Position numbers and translations under genes: made by a program. Shown one piece after another: positions 47,385 through 58,251 of a stretch of DNA of 64,000 bases (position 1 is the stretch's first letter; each line of letters begins with the position of its first letter). The notes under the pieces are model-generated. The model ran no database searches. It was not told the DNA's origin and saw only the letters and a list, made by a program, of their open reading frames with translations. Source of the stretch: an uncultured Methanosarcinales archaeon (GTDB lineage: Archaea > Nanobdellota > Nanobdellia > Woesearchaeales > CAYVYK01). The stretch covers positions 7,791 through 71,790 of the forward strand of contig CAYVYK010000002.1 in the NCBI GenBank assembly GCA_964455675.1, given 5' to 3'.

Positions 47385-50300
47385 TTATGTCACAACCACT
47401 TGCAGTGGCCTGCCATCGCGGGTGTTGCCGTTGTTGTCTTCTGCGCGGAATACGAGGTCATACGTCGCTGCTGCCCCACCAGTCATTTCGCTGAATGCAA
47501 ACTGGTATAGTACCTCTGTGCTTCCAGAGGGTGACTCGCGCTTGATCCCGTCTCGGACGACGGATTCCTTTCCTGCTGAATTTACCGTCAGTTTGACTTT
47601 TTTGACGCCGCTTGGCGAAACGCCCTGACCGGTATCTCCAAAATCAACCACCGGGATATCAATATAATAATCTTTACCTCGGGATACTTCATATTTGTCC
47701 TCTTTGGTCTCTACGAGTTTGTATTGGTCCCCTTCCTTGTAGTACATGGTGGTAGTTCGTAGTTCGGGGGGTGTGACGTCTCTCTTGTCGATCCCTCCGG
47801 CTGTTGTCGAACCGATTGGTTCTGCGCAGATTGCCGAGAATTGGTACTCGAACTTCTGCGCAGTGCCGAGGTATTGCGCGACGCTGTTCTGGTTTGGTTC
47901 GATCGTCCCGTCTGCTGCCTGAATTCCTTCATATATCGTGAACGTTCCAGTCCACGCAACTGGCCTATTCTGATCACACTGCTGAGTTCCCTGCTCGGTC
48001 TGGGTGACTGCTCGGCCGACGAGAACGCTTGCCGTCAGTTTGCCAAAGTCGTTTATTGACGTTCTCAGTGTAATAATGGATTCTCCGCAGTAGTATGTCT
48101 TTCCATCCCCTCTGCAGCGAATCACTGATCCACTTGGTTCAAATGTCTGCACTCCAGTGTTTGGATTCTTCACAAAGTCTCCTGCGATGTATTCAAGATA
48201 TTTCTCTCCGTTCGGTCCAAGCTCTTCAGATACCTGCACTTTCATCGTCGATGAACATTGAACAGGTGTCACGATGCCAAGGTTGTTCACTCCCTCGATG
48301 ACGCATGTGCTGCTGAGCGTGCCAGGTCCTGTGGTGAAATCTGTTCGTGATATCGGAGGGAATGATCGTGTGAGAGGAATGGTTTCACGCCCGTTGAAAG
48401 CGAGGACCTCTGGATTGTTGTAATTATTGTAAATGGATAATCCGTTCTGGTTATTCACATTCACGACGAGATATTTGGTGTACGGACACTCGCTTTCGGA
48501 AACGCCCTCGCATCCTGCCTCATCTGGCATTTTCTGGCTGACCTCGACATCAAATCCAAGGGAATCTCCGATCCTGAATGGATCACCTAGGGCCTTTGGC
48601 CTTCCAATGATGCGCGCCCAATTCTCAGTGCCTGTCTGGAATCCGCAGCGATAACTTAGTGTTGCGACGTCAAATCCGCAAATGCTTGGTGGCGGCGCTC
48701 CTTCCTGTCCAATGTCGCATTCCACGCTGTCCTTGACTGTTTGGTCTTTATTGTCCTTGTACTCCCATGTGAGTCGTGCTTTGTTGTATCGATAGGGCAT
48801 GGTTGTTGTCCAAAAGATGTCCCCTATGTCCTGTTCGCTCAGAACATCTCCTGCTTTCATGTATCCGCCCTTGATGATTGTGGTTTGTGGTGTTCCGCGT
48901 TGGCAGTCGCATAGTCCGTTCTCGAATCCTTCGCTCGCCTTGCATTCTGGTGTTGCGCTGCATTCCATCTCAAGGTACCATCGTATGTCCGCTCCAGCGA
49001 CAAGTCCCGCTCCAAAGTGATACGTCCATGTTGTCATTCCTGGTACTGGCCTTGAGACTTGATTGAATGACATGAATCGCCGCTGGCATGGATAAAGGAG
49101 TCCTTGGCTTTTCACTGGAACAGGGAATCCTTCGCCCTCGACGAGTCCTTCAACGTCGAGATCCCAAACACCAGTAAACGCCCATAAGCAGATCGCGTGG
49201 ATGAGCCGTTTTTCAACAAACAGCGTTTTATAGAGTGTCGTTCCGCCATAGCGATTTGTTATTGAGTCTGACACGCTGTTTCCCGCGCTCGTGAGGGCAC
49301 CGAAGAGATTTCCCATCGTGTCGCTTCCTCCTCGCTGCAGTCCTGAGGCGTACTTCTCCGTGAAGCAATTGATCATGTCCCAGATGAGATCACAGATGTA
49401 GACGCTGAGGACTGCCCTGCAGATGCCTGCGCTTCCGTCTCCTGTCTGGATGATGCTGTTAAAGCATGTCTTAACGGCTGTGAGAATTGCCTTCCACAGC
49501 CGCAGGTAGCTCGTGATTGCAGGCAAGCATACGCACTGGATGCTGCGAAGAAGACTGCTAGTTGGATCAACAATGTATTCCTGGTCCGTTATTCCAATTT
49601 TTGCGTAAATCCGCTCCCACACGTCGTCCGTTTCCTGCCGGTTGATCATTCTGCCATCGGACGCGCACCCGATGACATCCGCGTGGAACTTCTCTTTGAG
49701 TGAAAGCTTGAGCTGGTCGCGTGTCCTTTGATCCGCGTCGTCTTTTGGCATTTCAAACATATCGGTAACGTCCTGGACTGGCCTGAATACGAGGTACGAG
49801 TTTACGGGGCTATCCCCCATGCTGCCAGTTTCATAGTCACTTACACCTGCATTCTCGACTTCTATTGCGCGAAGATCCTTTCGTTCCACGATATAGCCTC
49901 GGTGGATGTAATACAGTTTGTCCTCCGCTGCCCTGCTTCCTCCGATCGATTCTGCGAAGTCTTCAGCGCTGATGATGCGGTAGTAAATGTTTCTGTCGTC
50001 ATTATACGAAAAGACATGCCCTCCAGTGCACGGATATGTTTTTCCCCGGATTTCTCGGGGTTCTCCTTCCGCTTCCCGCATGGCTGACTCTTTTCCAGCT
50101 TCGTCAGGGTAGAATATCACATTTCCAAGGAGTGTGTTCACAGCTCGTCCAGATGGAGAGTACGGGTCCGATACAAGCGCTCTGCTTTCTGATCCATATC
50201 GGAAGTAGGTGTTGACGAGTTGTGGTACCGCCTTTCCATCAGCATCACAGAATCCAGCGACGGCGTTCCAGAGTTTGTTGCAGTCTCCCTCGTTTGAACG

Positions 50301-53300
50301 GTCGTTCGCCTGTTCTGCGGCGAGGCATTTTGATTCTTTCAGCTCGTTCATGATGACGCATGCCGAATTCCAGGTGTTCATGTATTCTGTGCTGCAGCAT
50401 TTTTCGTTTCTTTCGTGAAGTTTACTGCAGTCAACATCCGTTTCTGCGTTTGCCTCACCAGCAACAGTTCCTGCAACAGTCCCGCTTCCTCCGGCTGCGT
50501 TTCCTTTGCCGTTTTGTTGATAGTAATTGTACTGCTTGATGATCTCGTTATAATCATCCGTCGGTACTTCCGCGCAGTCGCTTCCAGCTTTGATAATTGC
50601 TCCATTCCCGCCTCCAAGGTTGACATCAGTGTTCCTTTTATTGCGCTGGTTGTCCTTGATGTATTTCTGGAATGTTGGCGCGCTCGGACAGAACATGCGA
50701 TCGCAAACCCAGTGAGAGAGCTTTTCGAATTTCTGCCTGGTCTCGATTGCCCCTTGGCATGCAAGGCAAGCTTCATTCTTCTGTTTTGATCCTTCATTAT
50801 CTGCTGGATAGACAACATTACATTGTCCCGTCGCTGCGACATCCTTCTTGAACACTCCGCCAGTAAACATTTGGAGGATGTTGCTGTATTCGCAGTTCCA
50901 GCTCTCTTGGAAAGCTAAGACAAACTGGAATAGCCATCCAAAGAGGCACGCGTAAAGCGTGTATTTTTGCACGGTCGCGAGTGGCTTGAGTACTTTGTCT
51001 ATTAGCTCAACCGCTTTTTCTAGGACCTGCACCGATGTCTTCAGGAAGTTGTTTGGGATTACGCTTGGGGGAATGCGTTTGTCTATCGGTATTTCGAGCA
51101 GCCAGCACTGTCTTTGGATGATATTGTTCACTCGGAATCCTTCTTCAGTCATGTCAAGGTATGCTGCCTGGAAGTTCTCGTCGATTTTTTCTTCGATCGT
51201 GAGTTCCATGACGAGTGGTACCCTGATGCATCCTGTTCCCTGGAGGATGCATCGGTCCTCATGGAGCATGCTGATGTTTCTTTCCTTTTCGTAGATTGTC
51301 CAATTCTTTCCTTCACGCGGCTGCTCATTGCCCTGGTAGGACGGATCATATGCGCGGATGTTGACATTGATATACCCGGCCGTGTAGTCCTTGTTCCACA
51401 TTGATCGCACGGTGACTTTATCCGTGTCATAATGGTTTTTCCAGTTTTGCGATAGCGTTTGGAACGTGATCCTTGGTTGCCTTGTGATTTTGTATCGCGG
51501 TGTTGATGTCTGTCCGTAGCTCGTCTCGTTCTGTATGCTTGCCGTCGATGAGAGGTTAACCGCAAATCCTATTTTTGCAAGGCCTTCGAGGATGAGCCTT
51601 GGATTGAGCATGGAGGGGGTGGGTTGTGATATGACAACGTTGAACCAGTTGCCATACCCGCACATCGCGTAGATAATGTCTTTTCGCTCTTCAGCTTCAA
51701 GTCCAGACGTTCCTCGCGCAACAATTCGAACATGATTCATCCATGCGTCGGAGCTCTCGATAAGTCCTTGGACTGATTCTCCTTCTTCTCCCGTTTCTGA
51801 GCTGAACTTGATGTCTCTTTCGAGGGGGATGTGCATTGTGAATGAGTAGTCCTCATGGGTTACGGTAACGTTGACAGGACTTGTCTTGTTGTTGACATAC
51901 GCGTAGAGCGTTGCCTTTTTGTCGAGCTTTCCTCGGACATAGATATCGTTCACATAGCTTGGAGTCAATTCATCAAGGTTGATCTCAACGAATTTTGGCG
52001 CCTGATTTTCAAACACGACTTTCTTTTCCACGGTCACTTTGTTTCCTGCTCGATCCTCGGCCGTGATGGTAACATAGTTCTCGCCCTGGCCCAGCGACAC
52101 CGACTGTGAGAAGTCGCCGCTCAGTGTGAGTTTTTGTGCTTGTTTGAATATCGAACAGGTGAGGTTGAACGTATTCGGCGTCCGGTTGAACTGCTGGCCT
52201 CCAAGAGGTGTTGTGATGATGAGCGACTCTGATAGGACACCTTCATTGCATGAGTCATCAATTGCGCTCACCTGGTACCGATAGGTAGATCCGGAATCAA
52301 CGAATGCGCCCGTATCTCGAAAGTTCGTCGTCCTCGTTGACGTGATCCTCATTCCGTTTCTGTAGATGACGTATTCTCGCAGGTCTTTCTCGGTGTTGCG
52401 ATCCCATCGTAATTCGATCGTGTTCGTGTATACCGTTCCGTTCGTCAGTCCCTTGACCCGTGCTGGTGCTTCTCTGTCTGCTTTGTTGATAACGTCGAAT
52501 GTTATCGTCGCGAGTTCATCCACACTTCCATTCACTGTTATTGCTTGTGTCTTTGCCGTGTCATTGATAGTTCCAATGACAAGCTTGGGAGGCCTGGTAT
52601 CGACGGTGACGGCGAACTCCTTGGCAAGTGTTCCGCCAAGTTGGTCGGTCGCTTCCACTTTAAGCTTATTCTCTCCTTCGTTGAGCATAATTCCGGCGAT
52701 CATGAAGCTTCCGTTCGAGTTTGATCGCACGGATCTGCGAAGTTGTCCTCCCATGAAGAATTTGACGTCGCTGTTCACTTTTGTCGTGCCGGTGACATCA
52801 ATCAATTTTTGGCTCATGAATGGTGGAAGCGTGACGTTCAGGAATGGCTGTACGGTGTCTTCTCCCGTGACAAGCGTTGATTCTGTGCTATTCGTGCATA
52901 CGTTTGCGACGCTGCATGAGCTCACGAGGTACTTGTAACTTTTCCCTTCCTGCAAGGAGAGGACGATCGCGTGCTGGAAAACATATCCTGGAGAGGTATC
53001 AGTGGTGTTTGCTTTCTCAATGCCATAGTACACTTTGGATGTTGCAGGAACATCGGTTGTCCAGCCGATTGTTGCGGTTGTCTTCGTCACACTTTGTATT
53101 TTGACATTTGTTACTTGTGGAGGGTTGAGATTTGGCTGCTGGGCCGTCGTGAAATGGTAGTTTGATCCGAGATTGTCAAGCGTAACGGACTCTCCTTGTT
53201 CGTCGATTCCAACAATCCTGTAGTAGTAGAGTGTTTGGCTTTCCAATGGCGAGAGGACGACGCTGTGGGTCGTTGATAACTGTGCTGATTCACCGATGAG

Positions 53301-53546
53301 GCTGAGGCTTCCCATCGATCCATACTCCACGCGTCCTGTTGACGGAACATCGCTCGTCCACGAGATTGTGGCTTGATTAAATCCAACGCTTGTGTGCGGC
53401 GGTGTCGAAGGCGTGATCGTCAACGCGTACGTCATATGGATAGGTATGAAGATGATGAGTTGTATCATAAATATCGCCACCACTCGAAGGACTGCTTGCG
53501 ATGGCTTCAGAGAACTCCATGGTTGCTCGTCTGCCATGTTGCTCAC
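47385..53546 (-). CDS. Giant (2053 aa) exported protein: FN3/Ig-like N-terminal domains plus Cys-rich and hydrophobic central region
   Basis: N-terminal TM; FN3 repeats (ATISWTSDVPSTGRVEYG; ATIGWTTDVPATSKVYYG; LRWDRN...YRYQVSAID); Ig repeats (GENKLKVEATD; GENYVTITAEDRAGN); dozens of Cys. Confidence 0.85.
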   Translation of the reverse strand: MSNMADEQPWSSLKPSQAVLRVVAIFMIQLIIFIPIHMTYALTITPSTPPHTSVGFNQATISWTSDVPSTGRVEYGSMGSLSLIGESAQLSTTHSVVLSPLESQTLYYYRIVGIDEQGESVTLDNLGSNYHFTTAQQPNLNPPQVTNVKIQSVTKTTATIGWTTDVPATSKVYYGIEKANTTDTSPGYVFQHAIVLSLQEGKSYKYLVSSCSVANVCTNSTESTLVTGEDTVQPFLNVTLPPFMSQKLIDVTGTTKVNSDVKFFMGGQLRRSVRSNSNGSFMIAGIMLNEGENKLKVEATDQLGGTLAKEFAVTVDTRPPKLVIGTINDTAKTQAITVNGSVDELATITFDVINKADREAPARVKGLTNGTVYTNTIELRWDRNTEKDLREYVIYRNGMRITSTRTTNFRDTGAFVDSGSTYRYQVSAIDDSCNEGVLSESLIITTPLGGQQFNRTPNTFNLTCSIFKQAQKLTLSGDFSQSVSLGQGENYVTITAEDRAGNKVTVEKKVVFENQAPKFVEINLDELTPSYVNDIYVRGKLDKKATLYAYVNNKTSPVNVTVTHEDYSFTMHIPLERDIKFSSETGEEGESVQGLIESSDAWMNHVRIVARGTSGLEAEERKDIIYAMCGYGNWFNVVISQPTPSMLNPRLILEGLAKIGFAVNLSSTASIQNETSYGQTSTPRYKITRQPRITFQTLSQNWKNHYDTDKVTVRSMWNKDYTAGYINVNIRAYDPSYQGNEQPREGKNWTIYEKERNISMLHEDRCILQGTGCIRVPLVMELTIEEKIDENFQAAYLDMTEEGFRVNNIIQRQCWLLEIPIDKRIPPSVIPNNFLKTSVQVLEKAVELIDKVLKPLATVQKYTLYACLFGWLFQFVLAFQESWNCEYSNILQMFTGGVFKKDVAATGQCNVVYPADNEGSKQKNEACLACQGAIETRQKFEKLSHWVCDRMFCPSAPTFQKYIKDNQRNKRNTDVNLGGGNGAIIKAGSDCAEVPTDDYNEIIKQYNYYQQNGKGNAAGGSGTVAGTVAGEANAETDVDCSKLHERNEKCCSTEYMNTWNSACVIMNELKESKCLAAEQANDRSNEGDCNKLWNAVAGFCDADGKAVPQLVNTYFRYGSESRALVSDPYSPSGRAVNTLLGNVIFYPDEAGKESAMREAEGEPREIRGKTYPCTGGHVFSYNDDRNIYYRIISAEDFAESIGGSRAAEDKLYYIHRGYIVERKDLRAIEVENAGVSDYETGSMGDSPVNSYLVFRPVQDVTDMFEMPKDDADQRTRDQLKLSLKEKFHADVIGCASDGRMINRQETDDVWERIYAKIGITDQEYIVDPTSSLLRSIQCVCLPAITSYLRLWKAILTAVKTCFNSIIQTGDGSAGICRAVLSVYICDLIWDMINCFTEKYASGLQRGGSDTMGNLFGALTSAGNSVSDSITNRYGGTTLYKTLFVEKRLIHAICLWAFTGVWDLDVEGLVEGEGFPVPVKSQGLLYPCQRRFMSFNQVSRPVPGMTTWTYHFGAGLVAGADIRWYLEMECSATPECKASEGFENGLCDCQRGTPQTTIIKGGYMKAGDVLSEQDIGDIFWTTTMPYRYNKARLTWEYKDNKDQTVKDSVECDIGQEGAPPPSICGFDVATLSYRCGFQTGTENWARIIGRPKALGDPFRIGDSLGFDVEVSQKMPDEAGCEGVSESECPYTKYLVVNVNNQNGLSIYNNYNNPEVLAFNGRETIPLTRSFPPISRTDFTTGPGTLSSTCVIEGVNNLGIVTPVQCSSTMKVQVSEELGPNGEKYLEYIAGDFVKNPNTGVQTFEPSGSVIRCRGDGKTYYCGESIITLRTSINDFGKLTASVLVGRAVTQTEQGTQQCDQNRPVAWTGTFTIYEGIQAADGTIEPNQNSVAQYLGTAQKFEYQFSAICAEPIGSTTAGGIDKRDVTPPELRTTTMYYKEGDQYKLVETKEDKYEVSRGKDYYIDIPVVDFGDTGQGVSPSGVKKVKLTVNSAGKESVVRDGIKRESPSGSTEVLYQFAFSEMTGGAAATYDLVFRAEDNNGNTRDGRPLQVVVT

Positions 53547-55546
53547 TCTAGCCTCGGGACGAGCTCGTCCGCGTATTCTCCGGTCTCAAAATAATTTGCG
53601 ATCATTGCCTGGTCTTTCTCCGTTACGGGTGTTGGCCTGAATTCGAACATGTTGAAGATGATAGTGTCTGAGGAAGCTACATCATCGTAGCTTGGACTCC
53701 AGGTCCCATCATATCCTCCAAATATGTACTCCCTCGCGTACCCGCGTTTGCTTCCCATGATCTTGACGTCATAGACTATTCCCTCGTCAAGAACGAGGTC
53801 GATTGTTGATCCTGGTGATGGGTAACTGGCATATTGTTCATAGGTTGCGTTTTTCACTGACAGCGATATGGTGACGTTTTCTCTCTCATCAAGGGGTATG
53901 GACACGGGAATGAGCGTTCCCGTCTCGCTGAAGTAGAGATTCTTCCGGACTTCGTAGTTCATCTTCTTTAATCGTTTCATGGGGATCTCTATTGTGTCCT
54001 GTTCCATGTTTAATAATTGTTCCTTCGCCGGAAGGTAGCCTTGTTTTTCACCAAGGATGTAGGGGTATGCACAGTTTGAAGGAAGGGTGGTGCGTAGCTG
54101 GTAGTGTCCATCCTCTCCTCCCGTGATCCCAAGCTCGCAGTAGTCGGAAATGCATAGGTAGCTGATGTTGACGCCGCTAATTTCTTGGCTGTACATTCCG
54201 CCAAACATGCCCATTGCCTTGATCGTAACATCATTTCCTTCCTGCATGCAGAGGTCGCGTGACTGATCTGGGACGTCGAAGAATGTCACGCCGATATCCT
54301 CACGCACGCCCCGATTCTGCTTGATTTGCACAGGCAGGAAGAATGAATAGACATACCCTTGACCGCCATACGATTCCGTGTCGGTGATGGATATTTGCAC
54401 AGGATAGACGACGTCGTATGTAAAGTGATAGAAGTTTATGCAGAGGAACTGGAGGTATTGCTCCGCTCCCCTCGCGCTTTTGGATTTTAGGTATCCGTTG
54501 TGGCTTGGATTGCCGCGGAAGTACATGCCCCATCTTGGTTCGTAGCTAAAACCGACTCGCATGCTAGGTTCGCTCGCCCCAGCATCGACGAGCATGTGGA
54601 AATAGTAGTATGCATCATCCGGTAGACTGAATGTTGGCAAATTTTTGATTTCCCCAGTTTTCTCGTCACGTGGAAGTCCTCTGAACGATTCATATGTTTC
54701 ACGCGGTGCTTCGAATGGCGTGTAGATCGTGTTCTCGACGCGCATCATAGGGATGTTGTATGCGAGGAGTTCTTGCACCTTTGCCCTAAGGCTGCTAATC
54801 TTCCACTTTTCGTGTGTTTTTTGTGTCCCGCATTCAAAAGCGAGGTTCGTGAATGGAATATCAGGATGCCCTGCCATGAGGTCGATCGTGACATTTTCCA
54901 TGAACAGGTATTCATTCTCTGCATCAACAATTTTTTTGGCGAGCGCAAGGATTTTCTTCATACGGACGGGGACATGTATAACGAATTCCTGGATGTCTGC
55001 CCTCGTTTGATTTCCGAAATTGGCTTGCGCACGAAGGAGGTATGTCGTTCGCACTTCAATATCTTCGTTCGTGAAGAGGGTGACTGTCTTCGGGCTTGAG
55101 AGTATCTGCACAGTGTAGTGCTCCTGGAATGCGGTGAAGTTGTTGACGCAGTAGGGGAGCTGTTCATTCATGTAGTTGTTGAATTGCTGTGCAATGACGT
55201 TGAGGTCGGGAAGCTGGCTTTTCCCCCGGTAGTACCACAGAGGACTTTTAAAGTACCCTTGTGGATCCAGATTTACGTACGCCTGAGGTTTTCTAAGTAT
55301 TTCTGGGGGGATCGTGATATAGCCTCCCTGGACTCCCATGAGTTGAACAGCGTTTTCCGCGACATCCTCCATACAGCTTTGCACATAAAGTTGGAGGGGA
55401 ACGATCTCTGGGGGGGTGAGAGCTTCTGGTTGTGTATGCTCGTATTGTCGTCGGTAGAAGATGAATGATAGGATGAGTATGATTGCGATAATGATTACTA
55501 GAATAAAGACTGTCAACTGTCCTTTCACGCACCTCTTTTTTCGCAT
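53543..55546 (-). CDS. Large exported protein with class III (archaeal pilin-like) signal peptide
   Basis: MRKKRCVKG-QLTVFILVIII; overlaps the giant gene by 4 nt. Confidence 0.75.
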   Translation of the reverse strand: MRKKRCVKGQLTVFILVIIIAIILILSFIFYRRQYEHTQPEALTPPEIVPLQLYVQSCMEDVAENAVQLMGVQGGYITIPPEILRKPQAYVNLDPQGYFKSPLWYYRGKSQLPDLNVIAQQFNNYMNEQLPYCVNNFTAFQEHYTVQILSSPKTVTLFTNEDIEVRTTYLLRAQANFGNQTRADIQEFVIHVPVRMKKILALAKKIVDAENEYLFMENVTIDLMAGHPDIPFTNLAFECGTQKTHEKWKISSLRAKVQELLAYNIPMMRVENTIYTPFEAPRETYESFRGLPRDEKTGEIKNLPTFSLPDDAYYYFHMLVDAGASEPSMRVGFSYEPRWGMYFRGNPSHNGYLKSKSARGAEQYLQFLCINFYHFTYDVVYPVQISITDTESYGGQGYVYSFFLPVQIKQNRGVREDIGVTFFDVPDQSRDLCMQEGNDVTIKAMGMFGGMYSQEISGVNISYLCISDYCELGITGGEDGHYQLRTTLPSNCAYPYILGEKQGYLPAKEQLLNMEQDTIEIPMKRLKKMNYEVRKNLYFSETGTLIPVSIPLDERENVTISLSVKNATYEQYASYPSPGSTIDLVLDEGIVYDVKIMGSKRGYAREYIFGGYDGTWSPSYDDVASSDTIIFNMFEFRPTPVTEKDQAMIANYFETGEYADELVPRLE

Positions 55547-55606
55547 GCGATTTTCCCTAGTTTCCCCGCTGGCTTTTTAAGAATGACAGTTTATATACTT
55601 TTCGAA

Positions 55607-56866
55607 TTATTCAGACGCAGGCTTTCGCAAGCGTATTCTGCCGGGATGCAGATGGTTCCAGGCTTCTTCAAGTTCTGTAAGAATGGTGTCTGCAGTTATG
55701 CTATCTAGGTCCTTAAGTGCTTCTTTGAGATCGTGTTCCGCATGTGCAATCGTGGCGCTTGCGCTGGTCAGGGTTTCTTGGAGCTTGTCCTCGTTTGTTT
55801 TCGCTCCGTTATCCTGGATACTCTCCGTGAGCTCCCGCACCTTTTTTGCCATCGCGTTATACTCGGAAAGGTACTTGGCGAGTTTTTGGACTGTAAGAGC
55901 GTCTATGACCGATAGTGTCTTTTCCTTCCTTCGTTCCTCTATTTCGACCTCATTTGATTGAATGACTTTCTTGAGTTTTTGGAGCGCTCGTACTATTTTC
56001 AGTTCATAATCGTTCACAAGTGCCTGTACAGGGTGAGAGAGGTACGGTTTGATGATCGCTTCTTCTTCAAACGCGATATATGCTAGCTTTTTCAACGGTT
56101 TTTCGAGGAGTTGGAATTCATCAATGAATTCCTTCTCATGTTTTCTGACGGCTTCCTGTGCTTTCAGGAGTTCCTGGTGCATTTTCTCATGATTTGCATA
56201 GATTTCGCTCTCATAGAACTCCCGTAATTTCTGGTCCGCTTCATCCTTTGCGATTCGTGCATCCTCAAGCAATTTTCGGAGCTTATCATGCTCTTCCTGT
56301 TTCTTTCTCCTTAAATCGTGACGCTCGTCAAGAGTTGATATTTTTCTCATAATGTGACGATATGTGTCAAGTTTGAGGTCGGTTAGTCGTGTCTTTAGAT
56401 CGTCATATTCGTTGTCGACATCCTTGATTTTCTGGGCGACTATTTCGCTCTCATGCGCAAAGAACTCCTGCAATATTTTGTATGCTCTCACCGTGCTAAG
56501 CGAAAACCGATCAATCTCTTTTTGGAAATTCGCAAGGCTTTCTTCGATCTGGTCGAGGCTTTCGGGCACATGGAGGTCACGCTCGAGCATTCTCGCCATT
56601 TTAACGTACGTTGCTCGGTTTCCCTGCATGAAATGCTTTGCTTTGTCCGGAATGTTGGGATTTCGGAGTTCCGCTTTCTCGAGGGCATCGAGCGCTTCCA
56701 GAAGTTCTCTTCGCTTGTCAGCAATTTCCTTTGACTTTTCTGTGAGGTAGTTCTTGAGTTCTTCCTCGCCTGTCATGATTTTTTCTGCTGCCTTCGCGCG
56801 CAGTTCATCGATCGTAAGCTCCTCTGGTGGTTCCTCTGCAAAGAATTTCTTCAGGAAGTCGAGCAT
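55607..56866 (-). CDS. Long coiled-coil hypothetical protein
   Basis: E/K/L heptad-rich throughout; no Walker motifs. Confidence 0.75.
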   Translation of the reverse strand: MLDFLKKFFAEEPPEELTIDELRAKAAEKIMTGEEELKNYLTEKSKEIADKRRELLEALDALEKAELRNPNIPDKAKHFMQGNRATYVKMARMLERDLHVPESLDQIEESLANFQKEIDRFSLSTVRAYKILQEFFAHESEIVAQKIKDVDNEYDDLKTRLTDLKLDTYRHIMRKISTLDERHDLRRKKQEEHDKLRKLLEDARIAKDEADQKLREFYESEIYANHEKMHQELLKAQEAVRKHEKEFIDEFQLLEKPLKKLAYIAFEEEAIIKPYLSHPVQALVNDYELKIVRALQKLKKVIQSNEVEIEERRKEKTLSVIDALTVQKLAKYLSEYNAMAKKVRELTESIQDNGAKTNEDKLQETLTSASATIAHAEHDLKEALKDLDSITADTILTELEEAWNHLHPGRIRLRKPASE

Positions 56867-56949
56867 GATTTAGGAGATAGAGTAAGCTATTTAAATTTTG
56901 TACCTGCCATAAACTTATTATACTGCAACATGCAGGAACTCATTTGGTG

Positions 56950-57342
56950 ATGGTATTGGTGAAAAAAACTCAATCAAAGAAAAAAGGTGCTCCAGAGCAC
57001 ACAACACCGACGGTTTCAAAGGACGCCTCCGCTTCGGACGGAAAAGCATGTGCAGTACTCGCGTACTTTCTCGTGGGAATAATCTGGTATTTTGTCGACG
57101 AGAAGATGAAATCCAATGAACTAGCGAAGATTCATGTAAAGCAAGCGCTCGTGCTGCTGCTCGCATCGATCATCGTCAGTGTTGCAGGCGCGATCATCCC
57201 GATCATTGGATGGTTTATCATCGGTCCGATAGGAGGAATTATCGTGTTTGTGCTGTGGATTATTGGTATCGTGTATGCCGCTACAGGGAAGGTGCAAGGC
57301 GTCCCGCTCCTCGGAAACTTTGCGGACAAACTCAAGCTGTAA
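56950..57342 (+). CDS. DUF4870-family membrane protein
   Basis: AVLAYF, KIHVKQAL, IPIIGW, GIVYAATGK..VPLLG. Confidence 0.85.
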   Translation: MVLVKKTQSKKKGAPEHTTPTVSKDASASDGKACAVLAYFLVGIIWYFVDEKMKSNELAKIHVKQALVLLLASIIVSVAGAIIPIIGWFIIGPIGGIIVFVLWIIGIVYAATGKVQGVPLLGNFADKLKL

Positions 57343-57381
57343 TCCACAACCCTTATAAATGCCGAGAGACTTTGACAGGGA

Positions 57382-57870
57382 ATGATCGACGGCACGATTG
57401 AGATCCAGACAGAGCATGATACTCAAGTATTGACCATTACGGATCGCATTAAGCCCCTTGTTCCAAAGAGCTACGGCATGTTGTTTCTTTTTAATCTTCA
57501 TACAACGTCAGCTATCGCTATGAACGAAAATGAGCAGGGTCTTCATCGCGATCTTGTTGACTTTTTCAAAATGGTTGTTCCAAAACCAAAGGTACCTGGT
57601 TCCAGGTATGAGGATTTTGTAGTGAGCGGAGGAAAAGGCGCTTTCTACCACCATGATGATTTGAGCAGTCGAACACAGAACCTTCGGGAACAGGAGCGAT
57701 CTAATGGCTGGGCGCATATCCGAAGCTTGCTCCTTCCCCAGCAGTTGTGGATTCCATACAAGGCCGGAGAGTTAGTTTTAGGTCAGTTCCAGGAAGTTCT
57801 ATATCTTGAGTTTGACGGTCCACAGAAGAGATCCTTGTATTATAGGTTGGTCGATGGCGCGGTATCATAA
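57382..57870 (+). CDS. YjbQ/UPF0047-family protein
   Basis: HTTSAIAMNENE, NGWAHIRS, LGQFQEVLYLEFDGP. Confidence 0.9.
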   Translation: MIDGTIEIQTEHDTQVLTITDRIKPLVPKSYGMLFLFNLHTTSAIAMNENEQGLHRDLVDFFKMVVPKPKVPGSRYEDFVVSGGKGAFYHHDDLSSRTQNLREQERSNGWAHIRSLLLPQQLWIPYKAGELVLGQFQEVLYLEFDGPQKRSLYYRLVDGAVS

Positions 57871-58219
57871 GGCTGAGAAGGTCAAGGAACAGGCAAAGAT
57901 TGAGATCAGGCGTTTTTTTGATCTCGCGCGTTCTGAATTTACGACAAACCCTACCCGCGCCCACAGGTATATGGACGTTGCTCACAGCCTTGCACTTCGC
58001 ACGAAGTCAAGGTTTCCAAGTGACATGAAGCGCCAGTTCTGCAAGAAATGTCATCATTTTCTCGTCCCAGGTAATAACCTCCTCGTGCGGACTAAGGAAG
58101 GTCATATGATATTCACGTGCAGGGACTGCGGACATGTCATGCGATTTGGATACCTCAAAGAGAAGAATGAACGCAAAAAGCAGCGTACTCATTCCGTATC
58201 AGTTGGACTTCCTGAGTAA
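57854..58219 (+). CDS. rnp4: RNase P protein Rpp21
   Basis: RAHRY..A, KRQFCKKCHHFLVPG, TCRDCGHVMRF; start at MARYHK. Confidence 0.92.
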   Translation: MARYHKAEKVKEQAKIEIRRFFDLARSEFTTNPTRAHRYMDVAHSLALRTKSRFPSDMKRQFCKKCHHFLVPGNNLLVRTKEGHMIFTCRDCGHVMRFGYLKEKNERKKQRTHSVSVGLPE

Positions 58220-58251
58220 AACATATTAATCTCCTTGACTTTGTTTTTGCT

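Noticed and set aside
55607..56866. SMC/Rad50 assignment for the coiled-coil protein
   Set aside because: No Walker A/B, signature motif, hinge or CxxC hook.
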